From an uncultured Actinomycetota bacterium (GTDB lineage: Bacteria > Actinomycetota > UBA4738 > HRBIN12), in NCBI GenBank assembly GCA_963750945.1, contig CAVVSH010000015.1:554215-618214 (forward strand): a stretch of 64,000 nucleotides of DNA, in the 5' to 3' direction. The position numbers and the translations under genes were made by a program. Shown here piece by piece: positions 10,724 through 20,792 of this stretch; within the stretch, counting starts at the first letter, position 1; every line of letters starts with the position of its first letter. The notes beneath the pieces were generated by a model, which was not told the DNA's origin, ran no database searches, and saw only the letters and a program-made list of their open reading frames with translations.

Positions 10724-11341
10724 CTAGGGCGAGAGCCGCCGGATCGACCAGCCGCCGTCCGTCCGTTCGTACAGGAAGCGGTCGTGGAGCCGGTGCTGAC
10801 GGCCCTGCCAGAACTCGACGGTGATCGGCTCGATCCGGTAGCCCCCCCAGAACGGCGGTCGCGGCACGTCATCGCCCGGATACCGGGCATCGAAGGCGGC
10901 GAACCGCTCCATCAGCTCGTCTCGGGACGCCAGCTCGGCGCTCTGTCGCGAGGCCCACGCTCCCAGGCGCGCCTCGCGCGGGCGGGTCGCGAAGTAGGCG
11001 TCGGACTCCTCCGCGGGGACCCGGGAGACGTCGCCGGAGACGGAGATCTGCCGGTCGATCTCTCGCCAGTAGATCGAGAAGGCAGCCCGTGGGTTCTCGT
11101 CGAGCTCCGACCCCTTCCGACTTCCGTGGTTCGTGTAGAAGACGAATCCCCGGTCCTCGATCTCGCGGAGCAGCACATGACGGATGGACGGACGTCCGTC
11201 GGACGCCGCGGTCGCGAGGGCGATCGCGTTGGGGAGACGGATGCCCGCGCGCTCCGCATCCTCGTACCAACGCCGGAACAGCACGACCGGTTCGGAAGGG
11301 AGGCTCTCGAGCTCCAGCGGCAGGTCGTGCTCGGCGCCCAC
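10724..11341 (-). CDS. pdxH: Pyridoxamine 5'-phosphate oxidase
   Basis: PNPOx FMN-binding motifs (RHVLLRE, FYTNHGSRKG) and the C-terminal WGGYRIEP...EFWQGR...RLHDRF signature. Confidence 0.85.
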   Translation of the reverse strand: MGAEHDLPLELESLPSEPVVLFRRWYEDAERAGIRLPNAIALATAASDGRPSIRHVLLREIEDRGFVFYTNHGSRKGSELDENPRAAFSIYWREIDRQISVSGDVSRVPAEESDAYFATRPREARLGAWASRQSAELASRDELMERFAAFDARYPGDDVPRPPFWGGYRIEPITVEFWQGRQHRLHDRFLYERTDGGWSIRRLSP

Positions 11342-11345
11342 GGCG

Positions 11346-11417
11346 CGCCCCCGGCAGGATTCGAACCTGCGCCCCCGGCTCCGGAGGCCGGTGCTCTATC
11401 CCCTGAGCTACGGGGGC
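11346..11417 (-). tRNA. tRNA-Arg (anticodon CCG)
   Basis: Reverse complement GCCCCCGTAGCTCAGGGGATAGAGCACCGGCCTCCGGAGCCGGGGGCGCAGGTTCGAATCCTGCCGGGGGCG folds as a cloverleaf: 7-bp acceptor stem, D-arm GCTC/GAGC, anticodon stem CCGGC/GCCGG with loop CTCCGGA, T-arm GCAGG-TTCGAAT-CCTGC. CCA is not encoded. Confidence 0.8.
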
Positions 11418-11486
11418 TCGGGTCCGGAAGTCTAGCAACCGGCCTTCTGATGCTTTGGGCGACGTCGGCCGGGCTATCCTCGGCGC

Positions 11487-11867
11487 GTGTCCTCGTCAGA
11501 CTCACCTCGGGTCCTGTTCGCCGACGACGATCCGATCCTGCACCGACTTCTCCAGGTCAACTTCCGTGCGGTCGGGATCACGATCGACTCGGTGGGACGC
11601 GGCGACGACGCGCTCGTACGCGTGATCGCGGCCCCCCCCGATGCGCTCGTCCTGGACGCGACGATGCCGGGGATGGACGGCCACGAGGTCTACCAACGCC
11701 TCCGGGAGGAGCCGGCCCTCGCCTCGCTCCCGGTGATCTTCCTCACGGGGCGCGGCGCCGAGGAGTTCGAGGCCTACGCGGGGGAGCACGTGACGGTCGT
11801 GACGAAGCCGTTCGACCCCACGGAGCTCGTGAAGATCGTGTGCGAGGCGATCGGGGTGAGCGGGTGA
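11487..11867 (+). CDS. Single-domain response regulator (CheY-like receiver)
   Basis: Receiver-domain residues (DD near the N-terminus, phospho-acceptor D in LVLDATMPGMDG, T/K downstream). No output domain. Confidence 0.75.
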   Translation: MSSSDSPRVLFADDDPILHRLLQVNFRAVGITIDSVGRGDDALVRVIAAPPDALVLDATMPGMDGHEVYQRLREEPALASLPVIFLTGRGAEEFEAYAGEHVTVVTKPFDPTELVKIVCEAIGVSG

Positions 11868-13552
11868 TCGAGGACCGGCTGAAGGACCTGCTCAACGACG
11901 CGGTGACGGTGGCTGCTTCCGCGCTCGGACAGGAGCCTCCCTACCCCGAGCCCGAGCTCCAACGGCCCCGCCAGAAAGAGTTCGGCGACTTCACCACCAA
12001 CCTCGCGATGGTCGTCGCATCGCAGGCGGGCGCGGATCCACGGGCGACGGCGACAGCGATCGTGAACGCGCTGCCCGCCGCGCCCTTCCTCGAGAAAGCC
12101 GAGGTGGCAGGGCCCGGCTTCATCAACCTGTGGACGACCGATGAGTGGCTCCACGACGTCCTGCGGCAGATCGTCGGAGAGGGCGACCGATACGGCGCCG
12201 GTCGATCGACCGGCCGGCGGATCCAGGTGGAGTTCGTCTCCGCGAATCCGACGGGCCCTCTCACGATCGGCCACGCCCGGAACGCCGCGATCGGCGATGC
12301 GCTCGCCCGGCTGTTGACGTTCGCAGGGCACGACGTGGAACGCGAGTACTACTTCAACGATGCCGGCGGGCAGATGGACCGCTTCGGGGCCTCCGTCGAG
12401 GCTCGGTACCTGCAGCTCCTCGGTCGTGATGCGGAGATGCCCGAGGACGGCTACCACGGCGACTACGTCGCGGAGCTCGCGCGCGAGATCCTGGACATCG
12501 AGGGACCGAGCCTCGCCGATCTGCCCCCGGAAGAGCGGCTCATCCGACTCCGGGAGGAGGGCGCGCGGCGCGCGATGGAGCAGATCCGAGCCACCTTGGA
12601 GCGGTTCGGCGTCACCTTCGATTCGTACTTCCTCGAGGCGTCGCTCGTGGAGAAAGGCGAGATCGCGCAGGCGATCGAAACGCTGCGCGAGGCCGGTTTC
12701 GTCTTCGACGCGGAGGGCGCCACCTGGTTCCGGTCGACCGCGTTCGGCGACGACAAGGACCGCGTGGTGGTGCGGTCGGACGGGACGCACACGTACTTCG
12801 GGGCGGACATCGCCTACGTCCTCGACAAGTTCTCGCGCGGTTTCGATCACCTGGTCTACGTGTGGGGCGCCGACCACCACGGCGACATCGCGAGGGTGAC
12901 GGGCGCCGCGACGGCGCTCGGCTTCGACCCCGAGCGCGTCGAGATCGTGATGTACCAGTTCGTCTCGTTCCTGCGCGGAGGCCAGCCCGTGAAGATGAGC
13001 AAGCGGGCCGGGACGTTCGTCTCGCTGGACGAGCTGATCGACGAGGTGGGCACCGACGCCGCCCGCTTCCACCTGCTCCTGTTCTCCAACGACCGGCCGA
13101 TGAACTTCGACATCGCCGAGGTCGCCCGGCAGACGCTCGACAATCCCGTCTACTACGTGCAGTACGGGCACGCGCGGATCGCGTCGATCCTCCGCAAGGC
13201 CGCCGCGGAGGGGATCGCGCTCGGACCGATGGAGGACGCCGACCTGACGCTGCTCGCGTCCGAGCCGGAGCAGGAGCTGCTCCGGGCGCTGGCCGACGTC
13301 CCGGGCCTGATCGCGACGGCCGCGGAGCAACGCGCGCCGCACCGGTTGACCCATGCGGCGCAGGACCTCGCGGCCACGTTCCATCGCTTCTACACGGAGT
13401 GCCGCGTGGTCTCCGATGACGCCGCCCTGACACAGGCACGCTTGTGGCTTTCGTCGGGCGCGAAGCAGGTCCTTTCGAACCTCCTCGGGCTCCTGGGCGT
13501 CTCTGCCCCCGAGTCGATGGAGAGGATGGACGACGCGCGGCCGGATGGGTGA
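11864..13552 (+). CDS. argS: Arginine--tRNA ligase
   Basis: HIGH-type motif (ANPTGPLTIGHARN), KMSKR (PVKMSKRAG), and a DALR anticodon-binding C-terminus. GTG 11864 overlaps the upstream stop as GTGA. Track ORF 10652..13552 is this gene plus a spurious 5' extension. Confidence 0.9.
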   Translation: MIEDRLKDLLNDAVTVAASALGQEPPYPEPELQRPRQKEFGDFTTNLAMVVASQAGADPRATATAIVNALPAAPFLEKAEVAGPGFINLWTTDEWLHDVLRQIVGEGDRYGAGRSTGRRIQVEFVSANPTGPLTIGHARNAAIGDALARLLTFAGHDVEREYYFNDAGGQMDRFGASVEARYLQLLGRDAEMPEDGYHGDYVAELAREILDIEGPSLADLPPEERLIRLREEGARRAMEQIRATLERFGVTFDSYFLEASLVEKGEIAQAIETLREAGFVFDAEGATWFRSTAFGDDKDRVVVRSDGTHTYFGADIAYVLDKFSRGFDHLVYVWGADHHGDIARVTGAATALGFDPERVEIVMYQFVSFLRGGQPVKMSKRAGTFVSLDELIDEVGTDAARFHLLLFSNDRPMNFDIAEVARQTLDNPVYYVQYGHARIASILRKAAAEGIALGPMEDADLTLLASEPEQELLRALADVPGLIATAAEQRAPHRLTHAAQDLAATFHRFYTECRVVSDDAALTQARLWLSSGAKQVLSNLLGLLGVSAPESMERMDDARPDG

Positions 13553-14054
13553 AGCACTCGAGATCCGGCCCGCGAGACCCAGCGACGCTCGCGCCTTCCT
13601 CGAGCACTGGACCGCGATCGTGACCGAGGAGCGGTTCGTCAGGAGCGAGGAGGTGCAGACGTCGGCCCGAGCGTATCGACGGCGCTTCCGCCAGCGGTCG
13701 GACCTCGAGACGAACCTGCTCGCGTTCGAAGGCGGACGACTCATCGGTCATGTCACGGTGCAGCGCGACCGTCATCCGGTCACGCGGCATGTCGGGTCGC
13801 TCGCGATCGCGGTGGCAGCCGACGCCCGCGGACGGGGCATCGGACACCGGCTGATGGTCGAGGCGATCGCCTGGTCGAAGCAGGCGGGGGTCGAGAAGAT
13901 CGTCCTCTCCGTGTATCCGCACAACGACGCCGCGATCGCGCTGTATCGGAGCTTCGGGTTCGTCGAGGAGGGGAGGCTCGCGAGGCACTCGCGCAAGTCC
14001 TACGGTTACGAGGACGAGATACTCATGGCGGCCTGGATCGGGAGCGACGGGTGA
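13545..14054 (+). CDS. GNAT family N-acetyltransferase
   Basis: Acetyl-CoA binding motif A (RGRGIGHRLM) with the GNAT fold. Confidence 0.75.
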   Translation: MGEALEIRPARPSDARAFLEHWTAIVTEERFVRSEEVQTSARAYRRRFRQRSDLETNLLAFEGGRLIGHVTVQRDRHPVTRHVGSLAIAVAADARGRGIGHRLMVEAIAWSKQAGVEKIVLSVYPHNDAAIALYRSFGFVEEGRLARHSRKSYGYEDEILMAAWIGSDG

Positions 14055-15364
14055 CGGCGGACGGATCGAACGAGGCGGTCGAGCGGACGGTGCGCATCGG
14101 CCTCCTCGGGAGCGGCAACGTGGGCGCGGCCGTGCTCCGGCTGCTGCACGAGCACGGGGACGACGTGGCTCGCCGGGCGGGCGTGCATCTGGACGTCGCC
14201 CGGGTCGCCGTGCGCGATCCCGGCCGAGACCGAGGGGTACCGCTGCCACCCGACCGCTTCACCGACGACGCCGGCGCCGTCGTCGACGACCCAGGGATCG
14301 ACATCGTTTGCGAGTTGATGGGGGGTGTCGAGCCCGCACGCGGGCTGCTCTTGCGTGCGTTGGCGAGCGGGAAGTCGGTCGTGACCGCCAATAAGGAGCT
14401 CCTGGCGACCCACGGGGATGAGCTCTTCTCCGCGGCGGACCGGGCCGGCGGGGATCTCTACTTCGAAGCGGCGGTGGCGGGAGGGATCCCGCTGATCCGT
14501 CCCTTGCGCGAGTCTCTCGCCGGGGAGCGCGTCGATCGCGTCCTCGGGATCGTGAACGGGACGACCAACTTCATCCTGACGCAGATGTCGGAGCACGGCT
14601 GGACCTCCGAGGAGGCGATCGCCGAGGCACAGCGGCTCGGGTTCGCCGAGGCCGACCCCACCGCCGACGTCGACGGGTACGACGCGGCCGCGAAGTGCGC
14701 GATCCTCGCGTCGGTGGCGTTCGGGGCGCGTGTGGTCGCCGACGACGTCTATCGGGAGGGCATCTCGGAGGTCACGCCGCAGGACTTCGAGGACGCGGCT
14801 CGGCTCGGCTACGTGATCAAGCTGCTCGCGATCGCGGAGCTCGATGAGGAGGAGATCTCGGTCCGCGTCCATCCGTCGATGATCCCGATGGAGCACCCGC
14901 TCGCGGCCGTTCGCGGGGGCTCCAACGCGGTCTTCGTCGAGGGCCCGAAGATCGGACAGCTGATGTTCTACGGCGCCGGCGCGGGCGGGGACCCGACCGC
15001 GACCGCCGTCGTCGGGGACCTCGTGAGCGTCGCGAGGAACCTCCTGCAGGGTGCGCGAGGTCCCAGCTCGGCGCCGACCAACGCGCGGCGCGTTCGCCCC
15101 ATGGACGACACGCACGACCAGTACTACCTCAAGCTCCGCGTCGACGATCGACCCGGCGTGCTGGCGGAGATCGCCGACCGCTTCGGGCGGAACGGCATCT
15201 CGCTCGAGCGTGTGTGGCAGGAGGGCACCGGTGAGGAAGCCACGCTCTCGTTCATCACGCATCGCGCCCAGGAGGGCGCGTTTCAGAAGACGATGCAGGA
15301 GCTTCGGGAGCTCGATGCCGTCCACGCGGTCGCGAGCGTCATCCGCGTCGAGGGCGAGGAGTGA
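14051..15364 (+). CDS. hom: Homoserine dehydrogenase
   Basis: N-terminal NAD-binding GLLGSGNVG, a catalytic domain, and a C-terminal ACT domain. GTG start overlaps the upstream stop. Confidence 0.9.
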   Translation: MTADGSNEAVERTVRIGLLGSGNVGAAVLRLLHEHGDDVARRAGVHLDVARVAVRDPGRDRGVPLPPDRFTDDAGAVVDDPGIDIVCELMGGVEPARGLLLRALASGKSVVTANKELLATHGDELFSAADRAGGDLYFEAAVAGGIPLIRPLRESLAGERVDRVLGIVNGTTNFILTQMSEHGWTSEEAIAEAQRLGFAEADPTADVDGYDAAAKCAILASVAFGARVVADDVYREGISEVTPQDFEDAARLGYVIKLLAIAELDEEEISVRVHPSMIPMEHPLAAVRGGSNAVFVEGPKIGQLMFYGAGAGGDPTATAVVGDLVSVARNLLQGARGPSSAPTNARRVRPMDDTHDQYYLKLRVDDRPGVLAEIADRFGRNGISLERVWQEGTGEEATLSFITHRAQEGAFQKTMQELRELDAVHAVASVIRVEGEE

Positions 15365-16446
15365 CCTCCTTGGAAGGGACACCGTCCGGGGACGGAGCGC
15401 CGCAATGGCGAGGCATCATCGAGGAGTACCGCACGCGGCTGCCGGTCTCCGTCGACACACCAGTCGTCACGCTCCGTGAAGGCGGCACGCCGCTCGTTCG
15501 ATCCGACGTCCTGTCGGCCGAGACCGGCTGCGACGTCTGGCTGAAGTACGACGGCACGAACCCCACCGGGTCGTTCAAGGACCGGGGGATGACGCTCGCG
15601 ATCTCGAAGGCGCTCGAGGAAGGGGCCAAAGCTGTCGTCTGCGCGTCCACCGGCAACACGAGTGCGAGTGCGGCGGCGTACGCGGCGAAAGCAGGTCTGA
15701 CGTGCGCCGTGCTCGTGCCCAAGGGGAAGATCGCGCTCGGCAAGATGGCCCAGACGCTCGTGCACGGGGCCCGGGTGCTCGAGGTCGACGGCAACTTCGA
15801 CGCGTCGCTCGAGCTCGCGAAAGGTCTCGCGGACCGGTACCCGGTGACCTTGGTCAACAGCGTGAACCGGTACCGGCTGGAGGGTCAGAAGACGGCGGCG
15901 TTCGAGATCTGCGACGCGCTCGGTCGACCTCCCGACCTGCACCTCGTCCCGGTCGGAAACGCGGGCAACATCTCCAGCCACTGGCTCGGCTACACGGAGT
16001 ACCTGGAGGCCGGCATGATCCACGACCCGCCCCGCCTCTTCGGGTTCCAGGCCCAGGGGGCGGCGCCGATCGTGCTGGGTGAGGTGGTGAAGGATCCGCA
16101 GACGATCGCGACCGCGATCCGGATCGGCAACCCGGCCTCCTGGGAGAAGGCGGTCGCGGCCGCGAAGGAGTCCGAGGGCGCGATCCTCGCGGTGACCGAC
16201 CGCGAGATCTTGGCTGCGTACCGGCGCGTCGCCCGCGAAGGGCTGTTCGCGGAGCCCGCATCGGCCGCGAGCGTGGCCGGGCTGCTGCACCTGCACGCCG
16301 AGGGCAAGCTCGCGGCCGATGCGACGGTGGTGTGCGTCCTCACCGGTCACGGGCTGAAGGATCCGGAGTGGGCGATCGCGGGAGCGGCGCGGCCGGAGAC
16401 CGTGCCGGCCGACCCCGCGGTGGTCGCCGCCGAGCTGGGGCTGTAG
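15361..16446 (+). CDS. thrC: Threonine synthase
   Basis: PLP-lysine motif (TGSFKDRG) and TGNTSAS in a short-form ThrC. Confidence 0.9.
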   Translation: MTSLEGTPSGDGAPQWRGIIEEYRTRLPVSVDTPVVTLREGGTPLVRSDVLSAETGCDVWLKYDGTNPTGSFKDRGMTLAISKALEEGAKAVVCASTGNTSASAAAYAAKAGLTCAVLVPKGKIALGKMAQTLVHGARVLEVDGNFDASLELAKGLADRYPVTLVNSVNRYRLEGQKTAAFEICDALGRPPDLHLVPVGNAGNISSHWLGYTEYLEAGMIHDPPRLFGFQAQGAAPIVLGEVVKDPQTIATAIRIGNPASWEKAVAAAKESEGAILAVTDREILAAYRRVAREGLFAEPASAASVAGLLHLHAEGKLAADATVVCVLTGHGLKDPEWAIAGAARPETVPADPAVVAAELGL

Positions 16447-17334
16447 ATGCGCATCACCGTCCGGGTGCCGGCCACGTCGGCGAACCTCGGTCCGGGGTTC
16501 GACTGCTTCGGGCTCGCGCTCGACCTCTGCAACGAGGTCACGGTCGACACCGACGCCGAGCCCGGTGTCTCGTGGGAGGGCGAGGGGGCGGACGAGCTCC
16601 CGACCGACGGCTCCGACATGGTCAGCCGCGCGATCGCGTTCGCGCTCGGACAGCAGCTCCACTTCTTCCCGAGCGCTGCCCTTCCTTCGTTCTCCTTGCA
16701 CGGCATCAATCGGATCCCACTGGAGCGCGGGCTGGGGTCATCGTCTGCGGCTGCGGTCGCGGGGGTCGCGCTCTGTCGGAGTCTGCTCGGCGAGGCTGGA
16801 GGCGGCGACGACCCCCACACGACGTTCGCGTATGCGGCGGAGCTGGAGGGGCATCCGGACAATGCGGCCCCCGCTGCCTACGGAGGCCTCACGGTGATCG
16901 CTCCGGGCTCCTACGTGCACCGCTTCGAGCCGCACCGTGACCTCGATCCGGTGGTGGTCCTGCCGGATCGGCTCCGACTCGCGACCGGGGAAGCGCGCGC
17001 CGCCCTCTCCGACACGGTCGACCGGCGTGACGCCGTCTTCAATATCGGGCACGCCGCCCTCGCCGTCATGGCGTTCACACGCGAACCGGATCTCCTTCTC
17101 GTGGCCCTGCACGATCGTCTCCACGAAGACGCACGGGGAACCCTGGTTCCCGAATCGGCGGCGCTCCTCCACGATCTCCGCAGCCGGCAGATTCCCGCGT
17201 GCCTGTCCGGCGCCGGTCCATCGCTGCTCGCCTTCCAGCACGAGGGACATGCGATCGGCGAGTTGCCGGAGGGCTGGCGCGCGATCCGGCCCGGCGTTCG
17301 ATCGATGGGTGTCGAGGTGCAAGTCGAGGGCTGA
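16447..17334 (+). CDS. thrB: Homoserine kinase
   Basis: GHMP kinase motif PATSANLGPGFD at the N-terminus and GSSSAA. Confidence 0.9.
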   Translation: MRITVRVPATSANLGPGFDCFGLALDLCNEVTVDTDAEPGVSWEGEGADELPTDGSDMVSRAIAFALGQQLHFFPSAALPSFSLHGINRIPLERGLGSSSAAAVAGVALCRSLLGEAGGGDDPHTTFAYAAELEGHPDNAAPAAYGGLTVIAPGSYVHRFEPHRDLDPVVVLPDRLRLATGEARAALSDTVDRRDAVFNIGHAALAVMAFTREPDLLLVALHDRLHEDARGTLVPESAALLHDLRSRQIPACLSGAGPSLLAFQHEGHAIGELPEGWRAIRPGVRSMGVEVQVEG

Positions 17335-17342
17335 GCTCAGCC
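17329..17342. terminator. Perfect 14-bp palindrome GGCTGAGCTCAGCC. It contains the convergent stop codons of thrB and the MarP-like gene and could act as a bidirectional hairpin.
   Basis: Seen directly: tga at 17332-34 on the + strand and tca (complement of tga) at 17337-39 both lie inside the palindrome. No U-tract follows, so any terminator function is speculative. Confidence 0.2.
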
Positions 17343-18500
17343 GACGCACCGACCCGTGCGGACCTCGGCGGTGCGAGCCGTCGCCCGGTCGACCAGCGGG
17401 ATCAGTCTCGGGGAGGTGATCGCGTAGCCGAGGTCCTCGTTCGTGACGGATGCGCCGAAGATCAAGCCCGCGACCTGCCCACCGGGCAGCACGAACGGCC
17501 CGCCGCTGTTCCCGGGCTTGACCGTGGCCTGCAGCTCGTAGATCCGCCGCCGAGCCTCTTCCTCCGAGTAGATGTCTCGACCGACCGCATCCAACGCGCG
17601 TCGGACCGCCGCCGGGAGCTCCGTGTAGCCCCCGTGTGGATATCCCACGACGGCCCCGCCGGTGCCTCGTGCGACCTCCTCGGTGAGCAGGTCGAGCGGG
17701 GGCGCATCGAGACCTTCGACCCGGAGGACGGCGGCGTCGAGGTCTTCGTCGAAGAGCACCGGCACCGCGTCGAAGACCTGGCCCTTCCACTCCACCCGGG
17801 GGCTGCTGCCGGCGATCACATGAGCGTTCGTGAGGACGAGGTCATCTTCGACCACGAAGCCGGTCCCCTGGAGGATCCGATCGCACGCCGGTCCGGCGAC
17901 CAGGACGATCGAGGGACGCGCCGCCCTCGCCGCTCTCGCGGCGAGACCCTGCGGCGGCTGCGGTACCGGGTCGGCGGGCAGCGGAGGCAGGCCCGAGAAG
18001 ACGTCCGGGAAGCCGATGATGTCGAGTACGTTCCCCAGCTGCGCCGCGAGGGCCGGTGGTGGCGGGAGCGCCGTGTCGACGACCCGGATCACGGCCGAGC
18101 GCTGGAGCGATCGAGCGATGGAGGGGAACGGCCCCGCCGCCAGGTTGAGGCCGAGGAACCAGATCGCGAGGATGAGCGCGCTCACGCTGAGCGCCCCGCC
18201 TCCCACCGCATCCGCCGCCTTGAGCCGGGTTCCCCGGGTTCGCCGACGGAGCCTGAGCCCCAGGACCGAACCGACCGCGTCGCCGATCGCGCCGAGGAGA
18301 AGCACCGTCCCCAGGGCCACGCCCGCCTTCGCCGGATCCGACCGGACGAGGTCGGCAGTGAGGGGCGCGAGCCGGATGCCGACGACGAATCCGATCCCCA
18401 GTCCGACGAGCCCGGCGACCTGAAGCACCGCGCCGCGTCGATAGCCACCCCAGGCCGACAACACGAACAGCAGGAGGAGGACGACGTCCAAGACGGTCAC
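17337..18500 (-). CDS. MarP-like membrane-anchored serine protease (CvpA family 4-TM domain fused to a trypsin-like S1 domain)
   Basis: N-terminal four TM helices (CvpA-like), then an S1 protease with His (LTNAHV), Asp (DAAVLRV) and Ser (GNSGGP) motifs. Same architecture as mycobacterial MarP (Rv3671c). Confidence 0.7.
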   Translation of the reverse strand: MTVLDVVLLLLFVLSAWGGYRRGAVLQVAGLVGLGIGFVVGIRLAPLTADLVRSDPAKAGVALGTVLLLGAIGDAVGSVLGLRLRRRTRGTRLKAADAVGGGALSVSALILAIWFLGLNLAAGPFPSIARSLQRSAVIRVVDTALPPPPALAAQLGNVLDIIGFPDVFSGLPPLPADPVPQPPQGLAARAARAARPSIVLVAGPACDRILQGTGFVVEDDLVLTNAHVIAGSSPRVEWKGQVFDAVPVLFDEDLDAAVLRVEGLDAPPLDLLTEEVARGTGGAVVGYPHGGYTELPAAVRRALDAVGRDIYSEEEARRRIYELQATVKPGNSGGPFVLPGGQVAGLIFGASVTNEDLGYAITSPRLIPLVDRATARTAEVRTGRCVG

Positions 18501-18578
18501 GGGTCGCTATCGTCCCATGCGCCTTCGTGTCTCCAGGCAGTCTCGTCGACGGATGTCGGCGCCCCCTACACTGCCGAC

Positions 18579-19406
18579 GTGGTCACGATCGCCCACATCT
18601 CCGATCCGCACGTCGGTTCCCCCCACTTCGTGCCGAACCTCCTCCATCGGGTGATCGAGGAGATCAACGAGCTGGAACCCACGGCGGTGATCTGCAGTGG
18701 AGACCTCACCACCGACGGGTATCGACAGGAGTATCAGTCGTGGCTCTCGTACGCGGAGCGGATCCAGGCACCTCTCCACACGATCCCGGGCAACCACGAC
18801 TCGCGGAACGTCGGCTACCTACACTTCGAGGAGCTGATCGGTGCACGCAACTGGTCCGTGGACGTAGAGGGGATCAGGATCGTGGGTGTGGACTCGAGCG
18901 AGCCCGACCTGAACGAGGGGATGGTGGGCCGGGGCCATTACTCGTGGATCCGGAAGCAGTTCGCCGAACCGGCGGATCTCAAGGTGTTCGTGCTGCACCA
19001 CCACCTGATCCCGATCCCCGGCACTGGACGAGAGCGCAGCACCGTGATGGACGCGGGAGACCTGCTCGAGGTGCTCGTCCACTCGGGCGTGCACGTGGTG
19101 CTCGCAGGACACAAGCACGTTCCCTACGTCTGGCGGCTCGAGGACATGTACCTGGCGAGCGCCGGCACCTGTTCGTCCCTCCGCGTGCGAGGGCACACCA
19201 AGCCCTGCTACAACGTGTTGGAGATCGAGGGCGGGAAGGTCACGATCTTCCGGAAGTTCCCGTTCGGCGAGCGCCAGCAGATGGCCAAGGTCGCGATCGC
19301 CACGGGGACCCAGATGCAGCGCGAGGGCGAGGGTTTCATCCAGGAGTCCGCGCCCGTATCGGATCAGGTTGCCGATCAGGTGGCCGAGCCCGTTCCCGGC
19401 GACTGA
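18579..19406 (+). CDS. Metallophosphoesterase (calcineurin-like)
   Basis: Motifs IAHISDPH, GDLT, GNHD, VLHHH and GHKH. In-frame GTG at 18579. Track ORF 17199..19406 carries a long spurious 5' extension antisense to the MarP-like gene. Confidence 0.7.
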   Translation: MVTIAHISDPHVGSPHFVPNLLHRVIEEINELEPTAVICSGDLTTDGYRQEYQSWLSYAERIQAPLHTIPGNHDSRNVGYLHFEELIGARNWSVDVEGIRIVGVDSSEPDLNEGMVGRGHYSWIRKQFAEPADLKVFVLHHHLIPIPGTGRERSTVMDAGDLLEVLVHSGVHVVLAGHKHVPYVWRLEDMYLASAGTCSSLRVRGHTKPCYNVLEIEGGKVTIFRKFPFGERQQMAKVAIATGTQMQREGEGFIQESAPVSDQVADQVAEPVPGD

Positions 19407-19457
19407 CCGCCGACCCGTTCCCACTCCATCGACACGGCCAACACCAGGAGAACGCAC

Positions 19458-20792
19458 ATGCGAACGCTCGCCCTCGTGGACGGTGAGCACTACCCGCCGG
19501 TGACGCGTGCCGCCTTGGAAGCGGCAGGGGAGCGCGGCCACGAGATCGTGGCCGCGCTCCTCGTCGGTGGGACCGAGAAGCTCGCTGCCGGCGACGCTCC
19601 ACCCGACCTCGGCGTCCCCGTCCTCGTCACGGCCGGCGGACGCATGGACGCGTTGCGGACCGCGATCGCCGAGCTGTCGCCCGAGGTGATCCTCGATCTC
19701 TCCGACGAACCGGTCCTCGGGTATCGCGAGCGGATGGAGATGGTGGCAGTCGCCTTGGTGGCGGGGGTGCCCTATCTCGGCCCCGACTTCCGGATCGACC
19801 CACCAGAGCTCGCCGCCCCGCTCGGCATCGCGACGCTCGCGGTCATCGGCACCGGGAAACGGACGGGCAAGACCGCGATCGCCGGGGCGGTCGCTCGCCT
19901 GGCGGCCCGCCGCGGTCTGGAGCCGGTCGTCGTCGCGATGGGCCGCGGCGGGCCGCCGGAGCCCACCCTCGCGATGGCCGGTTCGGTCGACCTCGACCAG
20001 CTCGTTCGGCTGGTCGCCGAGGGGCAGCACGCGGCGTCGGACTACCTGGAGGACGCCATCACGACCGGCGTGACCACGGTGGGTGCCCTGCGCGCCGGCG
20101 GCGGGCTCGCCGGCGCGCCCTACGTGTCCAACGTCAGGGAGGCCGCCGAGCTGGCAGCCTCCCTCCACCCGGGGCTGGTGATCCTCGAGGGGAGCGGAGC
20201 GGCGATCCCGCCGGTGCCGTGGGACGCGGCCATCCTGGTGGTGCCCGCCACCGCCCCTCCGGAGTACCTCGGCGGCTACCTCGGCCCGTACCGGCTCTTG
20301 CGGTCCGATCTGGTGGTTGTTACCATGACAGGCGACCCATCCGGGTCCGAAAACCTTTCCGCGCTCCGGTCCCCTGTTCGGCGCTACCTGGACGATGCGG
20401 CGTTCATCCTGACGGACTTCGTTCCGGTAGCGCTGGAAGATATCCGGGGCAAGGAAGCGTTCTACGCTACGACTGCTCCTCCAGGGGTGGTCGAGAGGCT
20501 GATCCGACGCCTCGAAGCCGACCATGGGTGCACGGTCGTGGGCTGGAGCGCTCGACTGGCGGATCGCGCCGGTCTGGTCGAAGACCTCGATGCCGTCCAG
20601 GGATACGACGTCCTCCTCACGGAGCTGAAGGCGGCGGCCGTCGATACGGCGGTCGCCAGAGCCCTCGACCGAGGGGCGGAGGTCGTGTTCGTGGACAACC
20701 GCGCAGAGGCCGTGGAGGGATCCGCGGACCTCGACACCGCGCTCGGCGGCGCGATCGACATCGCGCTCGACCGGGCAGAAGACCGCTTATGA
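19458..20792 (+). CDS. Cyclic 2,3-diphosphoglycerate synthetase-like protein
   Basis: About 444 aa with a P-loop (GTGKRTGKT) and the overall length and composition of archaeal cDPGS. The call is supported by translational coupling (ATGA) to a clear 2-phosphoglycerate kinase. Confidence 0.55.
   Translation: MRTLALVDGEHYPPVTRAALEAAGERGHEIVAALLVGGTEKLAAGDAPPDLGVPVLVTAGGRMDALRTAIAELSPEVILDLSDEPVLGYRERMEMVAVALVAGVPYLGPDFRIDPPELAAPLGIATLAVIGTGKRTGKTAIAGAVARLAARRGLEPVVVAMGRGGPPEPTLAMAGSVDLDQLVRLVAEGQHAASDYLEDAITTGVTTVGALRAGGGLAGAPYVSNVREAAELAASLHPGLVILEGSGAAIPPVPWDAAILVVPATAPPEYLGGYLGPYRLLRSDLVVVTMTGDPSGSENLSALRSPVRRYLDDAAFILTDFVPVALEDIRGKEAFYATTAPPGVVERLIRRLEADHGCTVVGWSARLADRAGLVEDLDAVQGYDVLLTELKAAAVDTAVARALDRGAEVVFVDNRAEAVEGSADLDTALGGAIDIALDRAEDRL

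Noticed and set aside
10652-11863. 5' part of the 966-aa track ORF 10652..13552
   Set aside because: It overlaps pdxH, the tRNA-Arg and the response-regulator gene. ArgS homology starts at GTG 11864, which is coupled to the RR stop.
12612-14249. 545-aa minus-strand ORF across argS and GNAT
   Set aside because: Extremely R/P/S/A-rich low-complexity product. Antisense artefact of high GC.
17199-18578. 5' extension of the 735-aa track ORF 17199..19406
   Set aside because: Antisense to the MarP-like gene with a low-complexity product. The metallophosphoesterase domain begins at IAHISDPH, so the start is set to the in-frame GTG 18579.
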